DNA of 64,000 bases from Chiloscyllium plagiosum. Taxonomy: Eukaryota. A program made the position numbers and the translations under genes. The notes beneath the pieces were generated by a model that did not search any database, was not told the origin of the DNA, and saw only the letters and a program-made list of their open reading frames with translations. Of the stretch, positions 23,936-37,999 are shown piece after piece; position 1 is the stretch's first letter; every line of letters starts with the position of its first letter. The DNA lies in the NCBI RefSeq assembly GCF_004010195.1, contig NC_057746.1, forward strand, positions 9,486,142-9,550,141. Reading direction: 5' to 3'.

Positions 23936-25993
23936 CTAGTTTATGCCACGCAAGTACCAGGAAGTGACACCGTCCAACGGAAAGAATTTAACTGACTCCC
24001 TTCCTGTTCAAATACATTACCATCGTTGAATTCCAAAGGAAACGCCCTGGAAGTTTCCATTGAACAAAAGCTGAACCAGACCAGACTGTGGCTGTAAGAG
24101 CGTGTCAGAAACTTAAAATCCAGAGGCATGTATTTCAATCCCTGTCTCGTCAATGACTGTCTCCAGTCCCCCAGGCAGAAGTCGTGAATTGATGGAAAAT
24201 TCTCCACTTTCATGGATAGAGGGTGCTCCAACACAACTCAGGAAGTTCAACACCGACTATACTAAGGTAGCTCACTTGAATGGCATCCTGTGCCCGTTTC
24301 AATATTCATTTCCTTCATCACCTGGCATAGCGGCAGCGGTGTTTCCATCTGCATGCTGCAATGTAACAATTATTCAAGCTTATTCCAAACCCAATACGTC
24401 TACCACGCCGAAGGACAAACGAAGCAAATGAATGGTAATAGCACGCTTACATGTTTTGGTCCAAGTATATTCTCCACACACCACCGTGACATGCACCTCT
24501 CGCAGTTCCTTTACTGTTGAAAGAGCCAAAATCAAGAAACTTTGGCTATCAACACTGCGGTTGCCCCTCGCCACAAGGACTGCTGCAGTTTAAGATAGCT
24601 GCTCATTATCACCTTCTGCAGGGAAATTAGGGCTGAGAAATTGCTGCTGTTCTAGCCAGCAATGTCCACATCCCATGACTAACAAAACAAACGTAAATGC
24701 AAGCTATCTAGAACACGGACAATGAAGAGAGGCTCGTTTGCTAGTTTACAGTATCACTGTAAACTACATGTTACTCTACCTACCCACAGCACTTGAAAAA
24801 CATATACTGCAACTCTATTTGCTACCACAAATATGAGTCAAACATTCACAAGGCGATTTCTTGCGGCACGGCTTCATTGGAGAAACATAGAAAATCTCTA
24901 GCACATGGGCAGCTTATTTAAATACTCTTCTCCCCGAAAAAAGAGGAGGCAATTTTGCCTACCACCACGAAAGTTTGCAGTTACGTTCCTGATTGATGTC
25001 ACCTCTTTGATGGCCTGTAATTATTACTAGGGATATTCACTCATTTTGTTTTCCCTCTTCAGAAATCCAATGTTGAGTTGGACACTTCCCAGTCCGAAAG
25101 TTTATGTCCAATGTTGTGAAGATGAATTAGAACAAACCAGGCTCTGGATACAAGCTTTTGTAAATTAAAATGCAAGTCAAACAGAAGTCAAATTAGACAA
25201 GATGCGTATTGAGGGACGTCACTCAGCTCACATTCACGTCCATTGTTAAAAAGACTGCAATCTCTTGGAAACAAAGTGTAAGTAATTCTGAGAAATAAAT
25301 GGGAAGCTCTTTTATGTATGCTCCCATTCTTTTTGCATCATAATTTGAGGCTCCAACACCTCATCTGCGTTATTAAGATGACTCGCTATAAGCCGACTCC
25401 TTGGAGGAGAAAACACCCACACATCTCTTTTAACCCGAAATTCAGCCAGGCCTGGTTCCATAGATCCATTTCAGAAGCGAAAAGCGTTGTTGACGCACAG
25501 TACGCAGACTTGTGTTGCCTTGAAGAGCTACTGCTGTTGTCCATTCTGCAGCTCTCCCTCTCTAATTCGCTTCAAACGTTTCAAAAGTCTATTAACACTC
25601 AATGTCACAGAACAGTCATATGTCAATGAGCTGTGCTATCCCTTTCTGGCACGCCTCGCTAAGAAAGGCTGGAAAAATAAATTTCGTAAGACGGCCAGAT
25701 AAATCGATTGCAATGGGCAGGCTGAAAATTTGTTCTCCTCGCTCCGACTTCGAAGCAGAATGCCACTCTACACAAAATTGTGTGCGAACAAATCGGCAAA
25801 ACGTAAATTCTGGTAACTCCCAGAACACTGTACTTAATATAAGTTATTAAGCTGTAACGATTGATAAACGCGTTTACAGTGTGCCTAGTGTTATTTATAC
25901 CGAGTAACAGATTTACATGGCAATATCATACGGGCAGAAGGCAGTTGCACTGTCAAAGACTGGCAAAGACATTCGCTGATAAGAAATACTTAC

Positions 25994-26063
25994 AAGGAAC
26001 ACCAAACATTGCAAGTATAGGGTAGTAAATTTTTTCGACCTGTGTAATTATTGAATGTTCCAT
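25994..26063 (-). CDS. GPR139-like GPCR gene 1, exon 1 (MEHSIITQVEKIYYPILAMFGVP)
   Basis: 70 nt from ATG to T|gtaagt; the phase 1 join gives GVP-S-NLVTIVIL; total CDS 960 nt (319 aa); same exon length as genes 2 and 3. Confidence 0.85.
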
Positions 26064-26132
26064 TTTCTACCAGCCACGATGAAGTTTATTATAGAAAACT
26101 GAACAGAGCTGATAGGTGGCCGATCAAGCTCC

Positions 26133-26175
26133 TATATATCGAAGGAAGATCTGGAGAGATAATCTTCCACGTCAT
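26133..26175 (-). promoter_or_regulatory. Candidate TATA box and CRE/ATF-like site of GPCR gene 1
   Basis: TATATA ~70 nt upstream of the ATG; TGACGTGG on the minus strand at ~26166-26173. Confidence 0.35.
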
Positions 26176-29100
26176 AATTGGCACACGTCCCATCTACATG
26201 AGTTGGCATATGACATGCCTATTCTTAGCACTGTAGGAACTGGGGAATAACTTGAATCTCACTATCCATACAAACATCAGAACAAAAACAACGAGAAGAT
26301 ATTTCAGTATTTATTTTAAAGATGCAAATAAATGTGTGCACAGCTTCGAAATTTCAAACATTTGTCGTCACTTTGTCTCACTGAAAAATGTCTCTGTGTG
26401 CTGCTCTTTAATGATCTCTTGGCGGTACTGAAATTTAAGAACGTTTGTTTTATTTCCTATTCATAAGAACATAAGAATTAGCAGCATCAGGCCCCTCGAA
26501 CTTGCTTCATCATTCAATAAAAGTTGGTTGATTTGATTGTTCTCTCCTCCCGCCCCCCAAACAATCCTTGTTTCACTTGTTAATCAGAAGTGTCTATTTA
26601 ATCCTTCGATCTAACCAATGACCTCGGTTCCACTGCAATGCAAACGATCCTCCTCATGCCCGTCTTAGTTGGGGGGCTCTTTATTTTGAGCTCAAACGTG
26701 TCGACTCCAATCAAAGCAGCGAAGAAACGTTTGGAAGTTCTTTTCCACACCCATCGGATTCAATATTGGCCTTTACACTGTGTCTAATTATTCCATAATA
26801 ACAGAGGATGATAATTTTGGAATGCTGTATGAAATTTGCAGTTTGTTTTCTCTCTGAAACTATTGACTGTTGACACCACTATTTGTTCACACATTTATCT
26901 GTTGTCAGAATACTCGTGCTTTGGGAGGAATTAAGAGCGAATCTTCGCTGAGAAGCTTCATGTAAGTCGTTCGACATACACAGGTCATGCGAAGAGAGAT
27001 GTCTGTGCGCGCCAATCTAAAGTATGGATGGATATGAATCAATGTGGAATGGTGAGCAGGGACATGCTACATGATTTTATATCAGAGTGGTGTTGGAAAA
27101 GCACAGCAGATCCGGCAGCATCCGAGGCCAGCTTCACATTATCACCAAAGGCACTACCACAAAGGTTTAAAAGAATGGAAAATAAAAGATTTGCAAAACG
27201 GCCGTTGATCTGTTATTGGCCATTTTGCACTTCTGCCAATCGCTAATTTTAGGTTGGAGGAGCTCATCTTGATTCAGTCATGTGATTCAGTATTTCCGTA
27301 AATTTGCGTTGTCCTTTGTTAGTAGCTGAAAAGAAAGAGGAACAAGAGAGCGAAAGAGTGAGAGAGATAGAATACAGAGTGTCAGACACTTTTCAACGTT
27401 CCAGAGAACAAATTCTGACGCATTTAGTTAATGGCAGCACTTAGATTAGATGAGATTGGGGTCGCTTTTTCTGAAACCCGTCATTAACAATTAAGTTTAA
27501 GGGATGTTGAATACCATTCTTCGACTTCTCTTTGATATTACCCTAATCCATTCTGTAAGTCTAAATTTCTGTGCATGAACTCAAACGTTGAAAAATATAT
27601 CACGTCTTCCATGATGGCGAATGGATCATGTCATTTGTGAACATAAATTGAAGACCTTCACTATGTGAACAGAGGAAGTGTTCAATTGTTAACGTCCACA
27701 ACAACGTAAAGCAGCTCGAAAAGACAAACAGCATTGGATAGGTTTCTTTCTATTTTCCAATTCAAGGTCATCCTGGTCCTCCAAAATAATTACTCACCGC
27801 AGACCCTTCACTCCTTCACTATATCAATGGAATGCCCATAAATGTCGTTCAATGAGCAATGCAACTGGCAAAGATAGTGCAAATAGTGATAACGTACAAC
27901 ATTCTTATAATTTAGGTCGAATGATTTGCCAAACCAAATTGACAATCTGTTCCAAAAGGCCATTGCCAGAGTAAATTGGAATGATGTCTACAAGCCTCAG
28001 TTTAATAATTAAACAATGACCCTCCTTGCCCTTCTCTTAGCGCACCACTTCATTCTCAATATTTGCCAAGAAGATGCATGTAGATGAACATTGAGAATGC
28101 TAGGGCATTTTAGACGATGGGCCAAGTGCAGACAGATGGAATTACTGTCGTTTGCTTTTTTGTTGTTTGTCATAGACCTGGTGGCCAGAAGGAACTGTAT
28201 GACTATGACTATGAAATGGCGACATATCAATCAAAGATAAAATTCAACAGTGAACAAAAGGAGTGTATCAATGAAAAAAATCACGGCTATCCATATTCAC
28301 ACTACAAGCGGTCGACTAATATGAAGATGGATATGAGAAATATTCATTTCATATAATATTACTTCAACTAATCCCAGCAGTATACCTGCCACTGGCACGG
28401 CCAGCATCCGAAGAATATTGCATTTAGACGAGAAAAAAAAACCCTCTTTCACGTCAGAAAATGACAATGACATTATCAAGAAAGGCGTGAATCACTTTCC
28501 TAGCATACTCAGTTTGAAAATATTCTGTACAGAAATTTGCATAAAATAATAACGCAATTTATATCCTTTTAGAATAACAATATAATAAAAAAAACAAACC
28601 TGCAGAGATAATAATGATAATAATAAACCAATATGTTTATAACCACGTTGACTTCAGCCTGTATCCTTGGAGAGACAATAAGGGTTAAATCGTTTGAGGA
28701 GAACATTATATCTTCTGAACACAGGGCAGATAGAAATGTGATGGGTTTTATGACATCATCGACCAGAGATGAAGGGAAAATGTGAGTGGTGGGGTTGGGA
28801 GTTGGGAAGGGGGAACGGGGGATGCAGAAATGGGGTTACAGAGAGAGAGAGAGCGAGGCTTTTTTAAGACAGTTTGGGTGGTAATATCAGAGATGTCCTT
28901 GATAGGCAAAGGGAGATGTCATGGTTATTGCAACGGCCAAAGGCACTGTTAATAAATTGAGTACTTTTTGATATACCCATTTTGTAATATAAACCGAGTC
29001 TGAACTGTAAACTGACCCCAACCCATAAATAACTTCAAACGGACACTTCTCCATACCATGTCCTTTCATAACAAATAGAGAACTATAAAAGTAAGATTAT

Positions 29101-30299
29101 AGATAAAAACAAATCGTTATGTAAACTCTGGATGCATTTAAGAAATGGACCCTAAACTAGGAATCAATTCTCTCCCAGAAATTGATCGTGAGCCATGAAT
29201 TGAATCTACCTCAAGAAACTAAACTCAATCTATAAATTGACATTGATTTACCCTCCTTTGCTGACCGATGGGTCGACTAAGACTAAGACAGCGAGTTCTC
29301 TCAACAGCGAGTCCCCTAACTCTGAGTTGGCTTGCAATCATGAGTTGAATCTTGCTCTGCGACTTTTTTTCCCCAAACCATTAACTGAAATTTGTTCATA
29401 AATTGGCCCGTTACATAAAGCGACTCCTTTTTCTAAATTGATTCCAACTCATTGAATAATTACAACCGAAAAAAAAACTGTCTGACGCAGAAATTAACTG
29501 AAATAATTGGACAGGTACTTGGATATGAAAATGTTAAAATGATATGTGCCAAACACAGGCAAATAGAACTAGTTCAGTTTAGGAAACTTGGTTGGCACGG
29601 ACGGATACGGTTGATGGGCCAATTTCTGTGCTGTATTTCCATGAATCAATTACTCTATGGTTCACCTCCGTTAAATGATCTAGTTCAACAAGTATATGCT
29701 GAATGCAAAAATTGTATCTATAATACACACCATCTAGAAATTGTCAGCTACTCATAACCTAAGGCAACCAAAGCTGAATGTGCGCCCAAAATGCATTCGA
29801 TATACAATATAACACTGTGCATAAATGGACACAAGACTAAAACCGACCTTGATCTTTTTTTTGTAGTCACTCCGGTTGTGTGTGTCCCTGGCTGGTCAGC
29901 ATTTATTGCCCTTGAGCACGTGATGCGGTGTTGTGTTCTTGCAGTGCTTCACAAGCTGGAAGGAAGGAATTCTAAGATTTTGCACCAATGACAGCCAAGG
30001 AATGCTGATATATTTCCAAATCAGTATGGTGAGTGTCTTGCAGGGGAGCTTTCAAGTGGCGGTTTTCCTGCATCTATGCTGCCCTTATCTTTCTCGGTGG
30101 ACAAAGTTGAAAATCACACAAAACTAAGTTAGAGTCCAACAGTTTTATTTGCAAGTACAAACTTTTGGGCCTGTTAGACTATAACGTTGTGTGATTTTTA
30201 ACTTTGCACATGAGAGCCCAACATCAGCACCTCCACATCATTTCTATGTGGGAGCAGTTATTGGTTGGGAACGTGCTGTCTAAAGTCGTTGGTGAAATT

Positions 30300-33200
30300 C
30301 TGAATTGCCTCTAGGAAAGAGCACACATGGCTACCAGTGGTGGAAGTAGTGAAGACAATGGATGTTTGTGGATTTGGTGCCAATTGAGTGAGCTGCTTTG
30401 TCTTGGAAAGCTTCAAATTGCTTGCATCTTGTTGGAACTGCAATCATCCAAGCAAGTAGGAGTATTCCATCACACTCCTGACCCGTGCCTTGTAGATGGT
30501 GGGCAGGCTATGGGAGTGAGCTGGTGAGCTATTTGCTGCAATATTCCTCATCTCTGACCTGCTCTTGGAGTTATTTATATGACAAGTCTGGTAGAGTTTC
30601 TGGTCAATGGTAACTCCCAGTTGGGGTATTCAGTGATAGTAACACCATTGAATATCAAGATGTACAGTCTCGTAATGGAGACGGTCATTGCGTGGCATTT
30701 CTCTGCCATGAACATTAATTGCCACGTATGAGATCAAGCCGACATTTTGTCCAGCTTGGCTGCATTTCATCATGGAACTGCGTCAGTATTTGACAAGTCA
30801 CGAATGGTGTTGAATATTGTGCAATCATGACTGAACATTCCTAATTCCATCCCTGTGATGGAAGGAAGTTCATTGATGCAGCAGCTGTAGATGGTTGGGC
30901 CGAGCACACTACCCTGAGGAACTCCTGTAGACATGTCCTGGACTTGTGATGACTGACCTTCAGTGGCAATAATCATTTTCTTGTGTATCAGGCATAAAAA
31001 AACAACTAGTGTAGAGTTTTGCCCTGATTCCCATTGATTCCAGTTTGGTTAGGGCTCCGTGATGCCACAATAGAATTCAAAGGCTGTCACTCTCTTCTCG
31101 CTTCTGGAATTCAGTGGTTTTGTCAACATTTGAACAAAGCTTTAATGACATCAGAGCCTGAGTGGCCCAGACAAAATTCAAACTGGGCATCTGTGAGCAG
31201 ATTATTGCTGAGCAGGTACTGCTTGATAGCACTGTTAACGGCACCTTCCACCACTTTGTGGACGATTGAGAGTCGACTGAAGGGGTGGGAATTAGCTGGG
31301 TTGGATTTCTCTGATATTGTCAGTTACCGCCAGTGTTGTAACTGTACTGGAACAGTTTGTCTTGGACAGTCGCACCTTCTGGAGCATAGGTCTTCAGTAC
31401 TATTGCTGGAATGTTTCAGGTACTGTAGCCTTTGCAGTATCCAATGTCTCCAGCGCTTCTCACGTGGAATGAATTGAATGTTTTGATATTGTCGATATTA
31501 ATCTAAAATTTTCTGGGATAGCCAAAATGTCTTGATATGAATTTAAATTTGACTGGAATAAGATGGAGACAATATATGAAACGTAGAAGTTGACAGAGCG
31601 CTGCTCCTTTGTCAGGTAGCTAGTGGAGTAGGATCATAAGCCACAGAATTTATAGTAAAGGAGCACAGTCATAAACTGATGCGATATATTGAACAAACCT
31701 AGGTTGCTGTTAAGTCATTCATCTTTGAGAATAGGTTGTCGGTTTCGATTCATTAATACATAAATCCAAGAACTTCTTGCAAGTTACATCCCTGAGATAA
31801 CTAAAGGTTTTATGAAAAAAGGGTGATATCTCAGCTCAGAGAATGTATTAAACGTATGAGGTTAAGTCTGTATGTATTCCAGCTGTTAAAGAAGGCAAAC
31901 GGGATTAATGCCTTCAGAGGTCAGGGCATTGATTGTAAATGTCGACACGTCACGTTGCACCTGCGTAAAACTTTAGCCAGACCACATCTGGGGCATTGTA
32001 TGTAGGACTGCTGGCGGCTGTGTAGGAAGGATGTGCAGGCTTTGAAGAAATTTACCAGCGTTTTGCCTAGATAGGAGTGTATAAATTGGAAGGAGAGGTT
32101 GAAAAAAAAAGCTTGTTTTCAATAGATTTTGGAGACGAAGGCGAGACCTGATTAAAGTATATAAAAGTATACTTTATGTTAAATGTTAAAAAAAAGTAAG
32201 AGATGCGTGGATAGGTAGACAGTGACAGGAGGTGGTAGAAGCAGATACGATAGCAGCATTTAAGAGACATTTAGAAAGGCACACGAACAGGTAGGGAATG
32301 GATCTGCAAGCAGTTTGGATTTGTTTAGAATGGCATCACGGACAGCACAGTCATGGTGAGCTGCAGGGCTATGTTTATGGGGTGCAATGCACGATGCCTG
32401 CTTTGACCTGGATAACATTGAGCTTGGTGAGTGTTAATGGAATTGTATTCGCTGGGATAAGACGGATGTTCTCCATTATAGTCGTAACTTATACCTTGTG
32501 GATGGTGTACAGGCATTGGAGAAACAGAACGTAAGTCACAAATGACTTGTAGCCGGGAGTATTTTTATTTATAAACAGTAGCCCCGCGGAAGGTGACAGT
32601 GTGGTACTCTGACATGTTAATGTCATTAAATATCAAAGGACAATTGTTAGATTCGACTTTCTGGGAGATACTCACTGCCTGGCATTAGTGCAGTGCAACT
32701 GCTCTAGTTACTTCTCAGTTCAAGCCTGGATGTTGTTTACATCTTGTGGCATATTGACACGAACCCCTTCAGTATCAAAAGAATCATGAGTGTTTCTAAA
32801 CATTGTACAGTCTTTAGCAAACACTTCCACTTCTGACCTCATGATGTAAAAAAGATCCATTGTTGGAAACACCAAAAACATCTGGGATGGACATTATCTC
32901 ACTGCCACAATTTACCTTCAATAACCACTGCCATTTGTCATTGTTCCAGGTGTGACTGAAACCAGGACGGCGTTCTCCTCCAGATTCACATTGACTCTCA
33001 TGTTCCTGGGCTCCATGATACTATGCGAGGTTAAATGCTGCCACAATATCAAACAAATTCAGTCACACCAGACTTCAGAAATAAAAAAAAAATCTCTGTT
33101 TTGGCCATATTTGTAACGAGGGGAGGTCGGAATGACACTTTTGAAATGTAACGTGAACGTCAGTGTGCAGTTTGATGCTGAGCAAGTGTTGTTTGGAATC

Positions 33201-33500
33201 ACTTATGGCACTTGCCATCACTTTACCAGAAATATAGTGGAGAAGTCATTGGCTAGGTTGCATTTTTCCTTCGTTTTGTGCACAGAACGTGTCCGGGAAG
33301 TTTTGTTCCTTGATAAATTTGTTATTCTTATAGCTGGAAAGGAGCAACTTGTTTCGGGACATCGCAAGTTCTGGAGCACGTGTCTTCAGTACTGTTTATG
33401 GAGTATGTCTAAGCGCCCATCACCTTGTAGTATCCAGCACCTTCAGCAGGTCTTTGATATCTGGGGATGAAATCGAACTGCATGGGCAAAAGCATTTGTG
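30300..33500. mobile_element. Nested decayed LINE (L2-like minus, CR1 plus) and Penelope-like fragments; duplicated at ~51330-54620
   Basis: Minus [23 protein letters not shown]; plus ORF LARPHLGHC. Confidence 0.7.
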
Positions 33501-33787
33501 AGGCTGGGAACCTTACATAACCGAGCACATATGAACAGAGCGTGTGGAATATAAATGAATAGCAACACTTTCCATCGATGCATGAGAACAAAAGCTTTTA
33601 CTTACAGCAATGCTGAAGAAAATTGACATGACTACACATGTAGTCATGTACTGAAATATTATTAACAATTGAAGTCTTAAAAAAATCTTCCTATAGTTTA
33701 ACAGATCAGTATCTTTTAAAAAAAAACAAATCTCTGGTGAAAGCGATCAGATATTTGAAGCCCTCGATAATTTATTGCATTAATGCG

Positions 33788-33926
33788 CTTGGCATCCTTG
33801 CAAATATGTTGCCGTGTATTTAACGTCATCATGCTGTTTGTTCAATGGATTGTTATTGATGTCTACAAGGGCTTAAGTGGAATGCTTCACTGAGGTTGGT
33901 ATCTGTGTGTGTATATATATATAAGG
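33788..33926 (+). promoter_or_regulatory. Candidate proximal promoter of GPCR gene 2 (TTGGC-N5-TGCAA, TAACGTCA, TATA)
   Basis: Motifs conserved in the paralogue at ~54898-55022; TATATAAG ~50 nt before the ATG. Confidence 0.4.
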
Positions 33927-33973
33927 ATTCAGTTTGGACGCATTGCACTTCTTTCTGAACCAACACAGAGAAA

Positions 33974-34043
33974 ATGGAACAAGCTCCAATTCTCCAGGTC
34001 GGCAACATTTTCTACTGTGCTCTGGTAGTACTAGGAATTCCAG
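33974..34043 (+). CDS. GPR139-like GPCR gene 2, exon 1 (MEQAPILQVGNIFYCALVVLGIP)
   Basis: aaaATGG Kozak context; 70 nt ending G|gtaaat; phase 1 join gives GIP-A-NAITFL. Confidence 0.87.
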
Positions 34044-36359
34044 GTAAATATATAATCCGTTAAAATACGGGAATCTACAGTAATTGCATTAATGGGTTTT
34101 ACCCTCCATGTTGTGAGGTCAGAGAACCTTTCAATGTTCTGTGATGGATCTTGAATTTCTCTATACTGTTCCAACTCATGCAATGTTCCGTTACTGAGGT
34201 ATATTGGCTCCCTTTGCAGGAAAAAAACTTTATATTTAAAATGCCAAACCAAATTTAATTCCTTCCTTTATCAATTATCTCTGCACCAGCCTCGGAATGC
34301 ACTGCGATGTGAGATCTGCCCCTCCTTCACCTGTAAAGGGGATCCCATGGATTTTCTATATACAGGCCTTGGCAGCCCTACCTACGACTATGTGGGACCT
34401 AAGCTGTGGACTTGCCCAAACTCACTGCAACTCTGTAATTACTTTATTTTCTTCTTTTATGATCCCATTAATATCTATGTCTCTGTCAAGGTCGTTAACC
34501 AGTTGTCTTCATGCCAACGTAATACCGAATGATGTGTCAATTTTTTGTTTGATGACACTCCTAGGTATCCCTTAGACACCTTTCGACATTCCAAGCACTG
34601 CCTGACATTCTTGTAGTGACAGCCTATACTTTCTCCTCGAAAAGGTGGTGATTGTTGTCTTTACAACAGATGGCAGAAATTCGACAGAGTAACGTCGATG
34701 AATTTGCATTGAATGTGTAACTTTCTCGCCAACAGCTTACTCTAATAACCGTAACCAACGCAATTTGTCAGTTGTTGTTACCAGTTGCCAGTGTCGTTAC
34801 AACTGTGGATTAATTTCTAATCTGTGGGAAACCCTGTGACTCTCACTGAGCGAACAGAAGAGACAGAAGTATCCGGAGATTATAATGTTTCAGTCTAACT
34901 TTGGTCCGTCTGATTGACGAGATGCCCATCTAGGATTCGGAACTCTGATCGCATTCGGCTGAATATTGTGGCACTAACAGTTCAGTTCAGTATTACTGTT
35001 GTCTCTTTGATGACTAGAATTGCATTCGTAATTTTAGTGTTTTTAATGTAACTACCTTCCTTCGCTGGATGCACGTGATGTCTTACTGGATAATAATTTT
35101 GAGACATACAAAGATTCATTTTGGCGTAATCGATTGTTACTCTCAAGCAATTCATTCACTGCACGTGATGCCAAGAAAGTACCGAGACTCTAGAACTGCA
35201 TGTAATCGACCGATAGTCAGAGCATTCACGCAATTCTACTGAAGTCCCGAATGGTCCCAATGCTGGCAGGGCGATGTGGCTCCTTCTCTGTGCTGTCGTG
35301 TGCAGTTTCGTTTCACTCTTTGCATTCTTTCCTTACATTCGTTCCCTTTATTTAGCTTATGTCCTTGCCCTTTTCAAAAACGCTCCCTTTAGCGCAATGC
35401 CGTTCTCTACTAGTTCGACTTTTCCTTTGTTTGCAGCAAATACAAGTTCAACCCGACACTTCTTTTAAAAGCTGTAGTATGCCTAGTTTTAAAAACATCC
35501 TGCGCTATAGACTGCCTCTATCGCATCAATCCAGGATACGATTTATTTCATAAGTTTGATTCTTGCACGGAGGATGAATCCGACATTTCTAGCTCCGATG
35601 GAAACTATAGTATAAATTCTGTTATGTGATGCCAGAATGAGGGACGCATTTATGTAACATTACACGTAGTTTTCAATCAGCGCCAAAACAAACCTCCATT
35701 TGGAACCTCAATCTGAGTCAGAAATCTTCTCAAAACTCGCTAATACTGTCCTCCATGTTAGATTGGATGAACATTGTTTTTTTGGTTTTATTTGAATTAT
35801 CGATTTACAATTATCGCCAAAATTCACATTCTACCTATGCATAGGCAATATTTTGGACTTCCACTCCAATGTTCCACTTCCCGGAGGTCATATCACCCAA
35901 CAATCATTTTTGTGTCTTCTTGGCTGGCTCAGAAAATCTGCTTTAGATATGCAGGCCGATCAATGAATATTGATTGAGTATTCACATATCTGCCTTTGAA
36001 ATACTTATGCCTGAGAGACAGCGCCGTGATGTAAAGCTTGAAGGGATGCTATCCACGTTTAGATAGTTTATTGCCATTGGGAAAGACTTTAAATGCACTC
36101 TTCTTAACACAAAAACAGTGAACGACATCTATTGAACGGTGGCTGGTACTCACAGCAATAAAAAGCGCACGATGGGCATTGTTCTTAACTGCTGATAGTT
36201 CAGCAGGAACGATTTTGGATGACTACTACGATTTCAACCAACTTCACTGATACCTACAATCTGCAGAGTGGATGAAAAATGTTATCTTTCGTGTTTTAAA
36301 ACTGGAGGGTTTGTTTTAAAATTGTGTCTTAAAGTATTTTGTGGATTCCTGTACTGAGG

Positions 36360-36672
36360 ATTAGATTAGATTACAGTGTGGAAACAGGCCCTTCGGCCCA
36401 ACAAGTCCACACCGACCCGCATACCACCCAGACCTATACTCCTACATTTACCTCTTCACCTAACACTACGGACAATTTAGCATGGTCAATTCACCTAACC
36501 TGCACATTTTTGGATTGTGGGAGGAAACCGGAGCACCCGGAGGAAACCCACGCAGACACGGGGAGAATGTGCAAACTCCACACACAGTCGCCTGAGGCGG
36601 GAATTGAACCCGGGTCTCTGGCGCTGTGAGGCAGCAGTGTGCCACCGTGCCGCCCTCTGCCACTGTGCCGCC
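36360..36672 (-). mobile_element. HE1 SINE with duplicated 5' end
   Basis: Reverse-complement HE1 with a (ttaga)n tail; the 5' motif gccaccgtgccgcc is repeated as gccactgtgccgcc. Confidence 0.9.
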
Positions 36673-37999
36673 TAGCGTTGCTGGATAGGAATACAGCCAA
36701 CATTTGTTTCCGCCAAAACCGAGGTCTTCATGCTTGTTCAAATGCGTGTGGGTTGAGTCAGCATTTGAGGAAAGTCAATTAGAAAGTTTTATTTCATTGC
36801 TGATTTAGGACAAGTGTCTCAGAGCTATGGATTTAATCATGTTACATATCAAGGATTTAAGTCGAAAAGTACTCCCCGTGAAACAGTTTGCTTTAAAATC
36901 GCACTAATGTTGTGGGTTCTTATGCACTTATATTGGGGTAACTGTTACCTGTCTTCCCCGTGGGTGTTTGGGTTTGAGTTTGAATCCAAGAGATCGTAAG
37001 TTCTGAAGACGGGTCGTCGGACTCAAATCTTTAAAACAGCAATTAATTTTGGAACTTAAACCACGCTGTGGAAAAAAATGCCATCTGTTTCATGAATGCA
37101 GTCAAGGAAGGAAATGTGCCTTCTTTACTGGTCTGGCTTAATTTTAGATCCACAGGAGCGCAGCTGACTCTGAAATGGCGCTAACAAACCATTCAGTACA
37201 ATAACATTCGAGAGGAGCAAAATATTCTGCCATTGTCAGTGAAGCACACACCCATCTTAAATATGTTTTCACATGCCTGCCACTCTATGTTCGTGGTGGA
37301 GACAGAGAATGTTTAAATTGATGGGCTGCCAGCCAAATGGCTTCTGAAAGGCATCGAGATTCTTAAAGGTACTTGGGGGTATATTCGTTCATACATCCGC
37401 AAATTTCATCACAATGCTGCCTTGCGCCTTACATGTGCTGTGCAGGTATTGGGTAGTGAGCAGTTTAGTTACTCACCTCAGAGTTCTCAATCTCTGACGG
37501 TTTTCTGTTTTCACAGCATTTTTATGGCTAGGTCAGTTCAATTTCAGGGCAAAGGTATCCCCACGACATGTTCAAAACTTCTCCGAAACAAATGTCTAAA
37601 AACCAAAGCTCATTGCCAACGTTTCATGGAATGGACTGGAAAACCTGGCCTCTGATGTGATCCTCCGTCTGGAAAATGAACCCGAACGAGCAGTTATATC
37701 TTTGATTTGAAGGACCTGTTGAATGTGTCCACTTCAGATACATGACTGAAATAAGAAGAAGCTATGTCATTAATTATCTCTTAAAATTGCTTGCCAACGA
37801 CAGCAATTAATTATGGAAATTGAACCGTTTGTGGGTATTTGATTTCCATCATACCATCGAATTGTTAAAATATCAGGTACTGTTCACTAATGCATTCAGG
37901 AAATAATTCTGCCATTCTTTCCTGGTTTGACTCACATCTAACTCCACAAGCACATGATCCTAATCCAATTACTAATCCTGACCCTTCAGTGAAATGGCA

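Noticed and set aside
27792-27798. Minus-strand donor GGTGAGT as exon 1 of GPCR gene 1
   Set aside because: No suitable upstream reading frame; the 70-nt exon at 26063-25994 fits in phase and by homology
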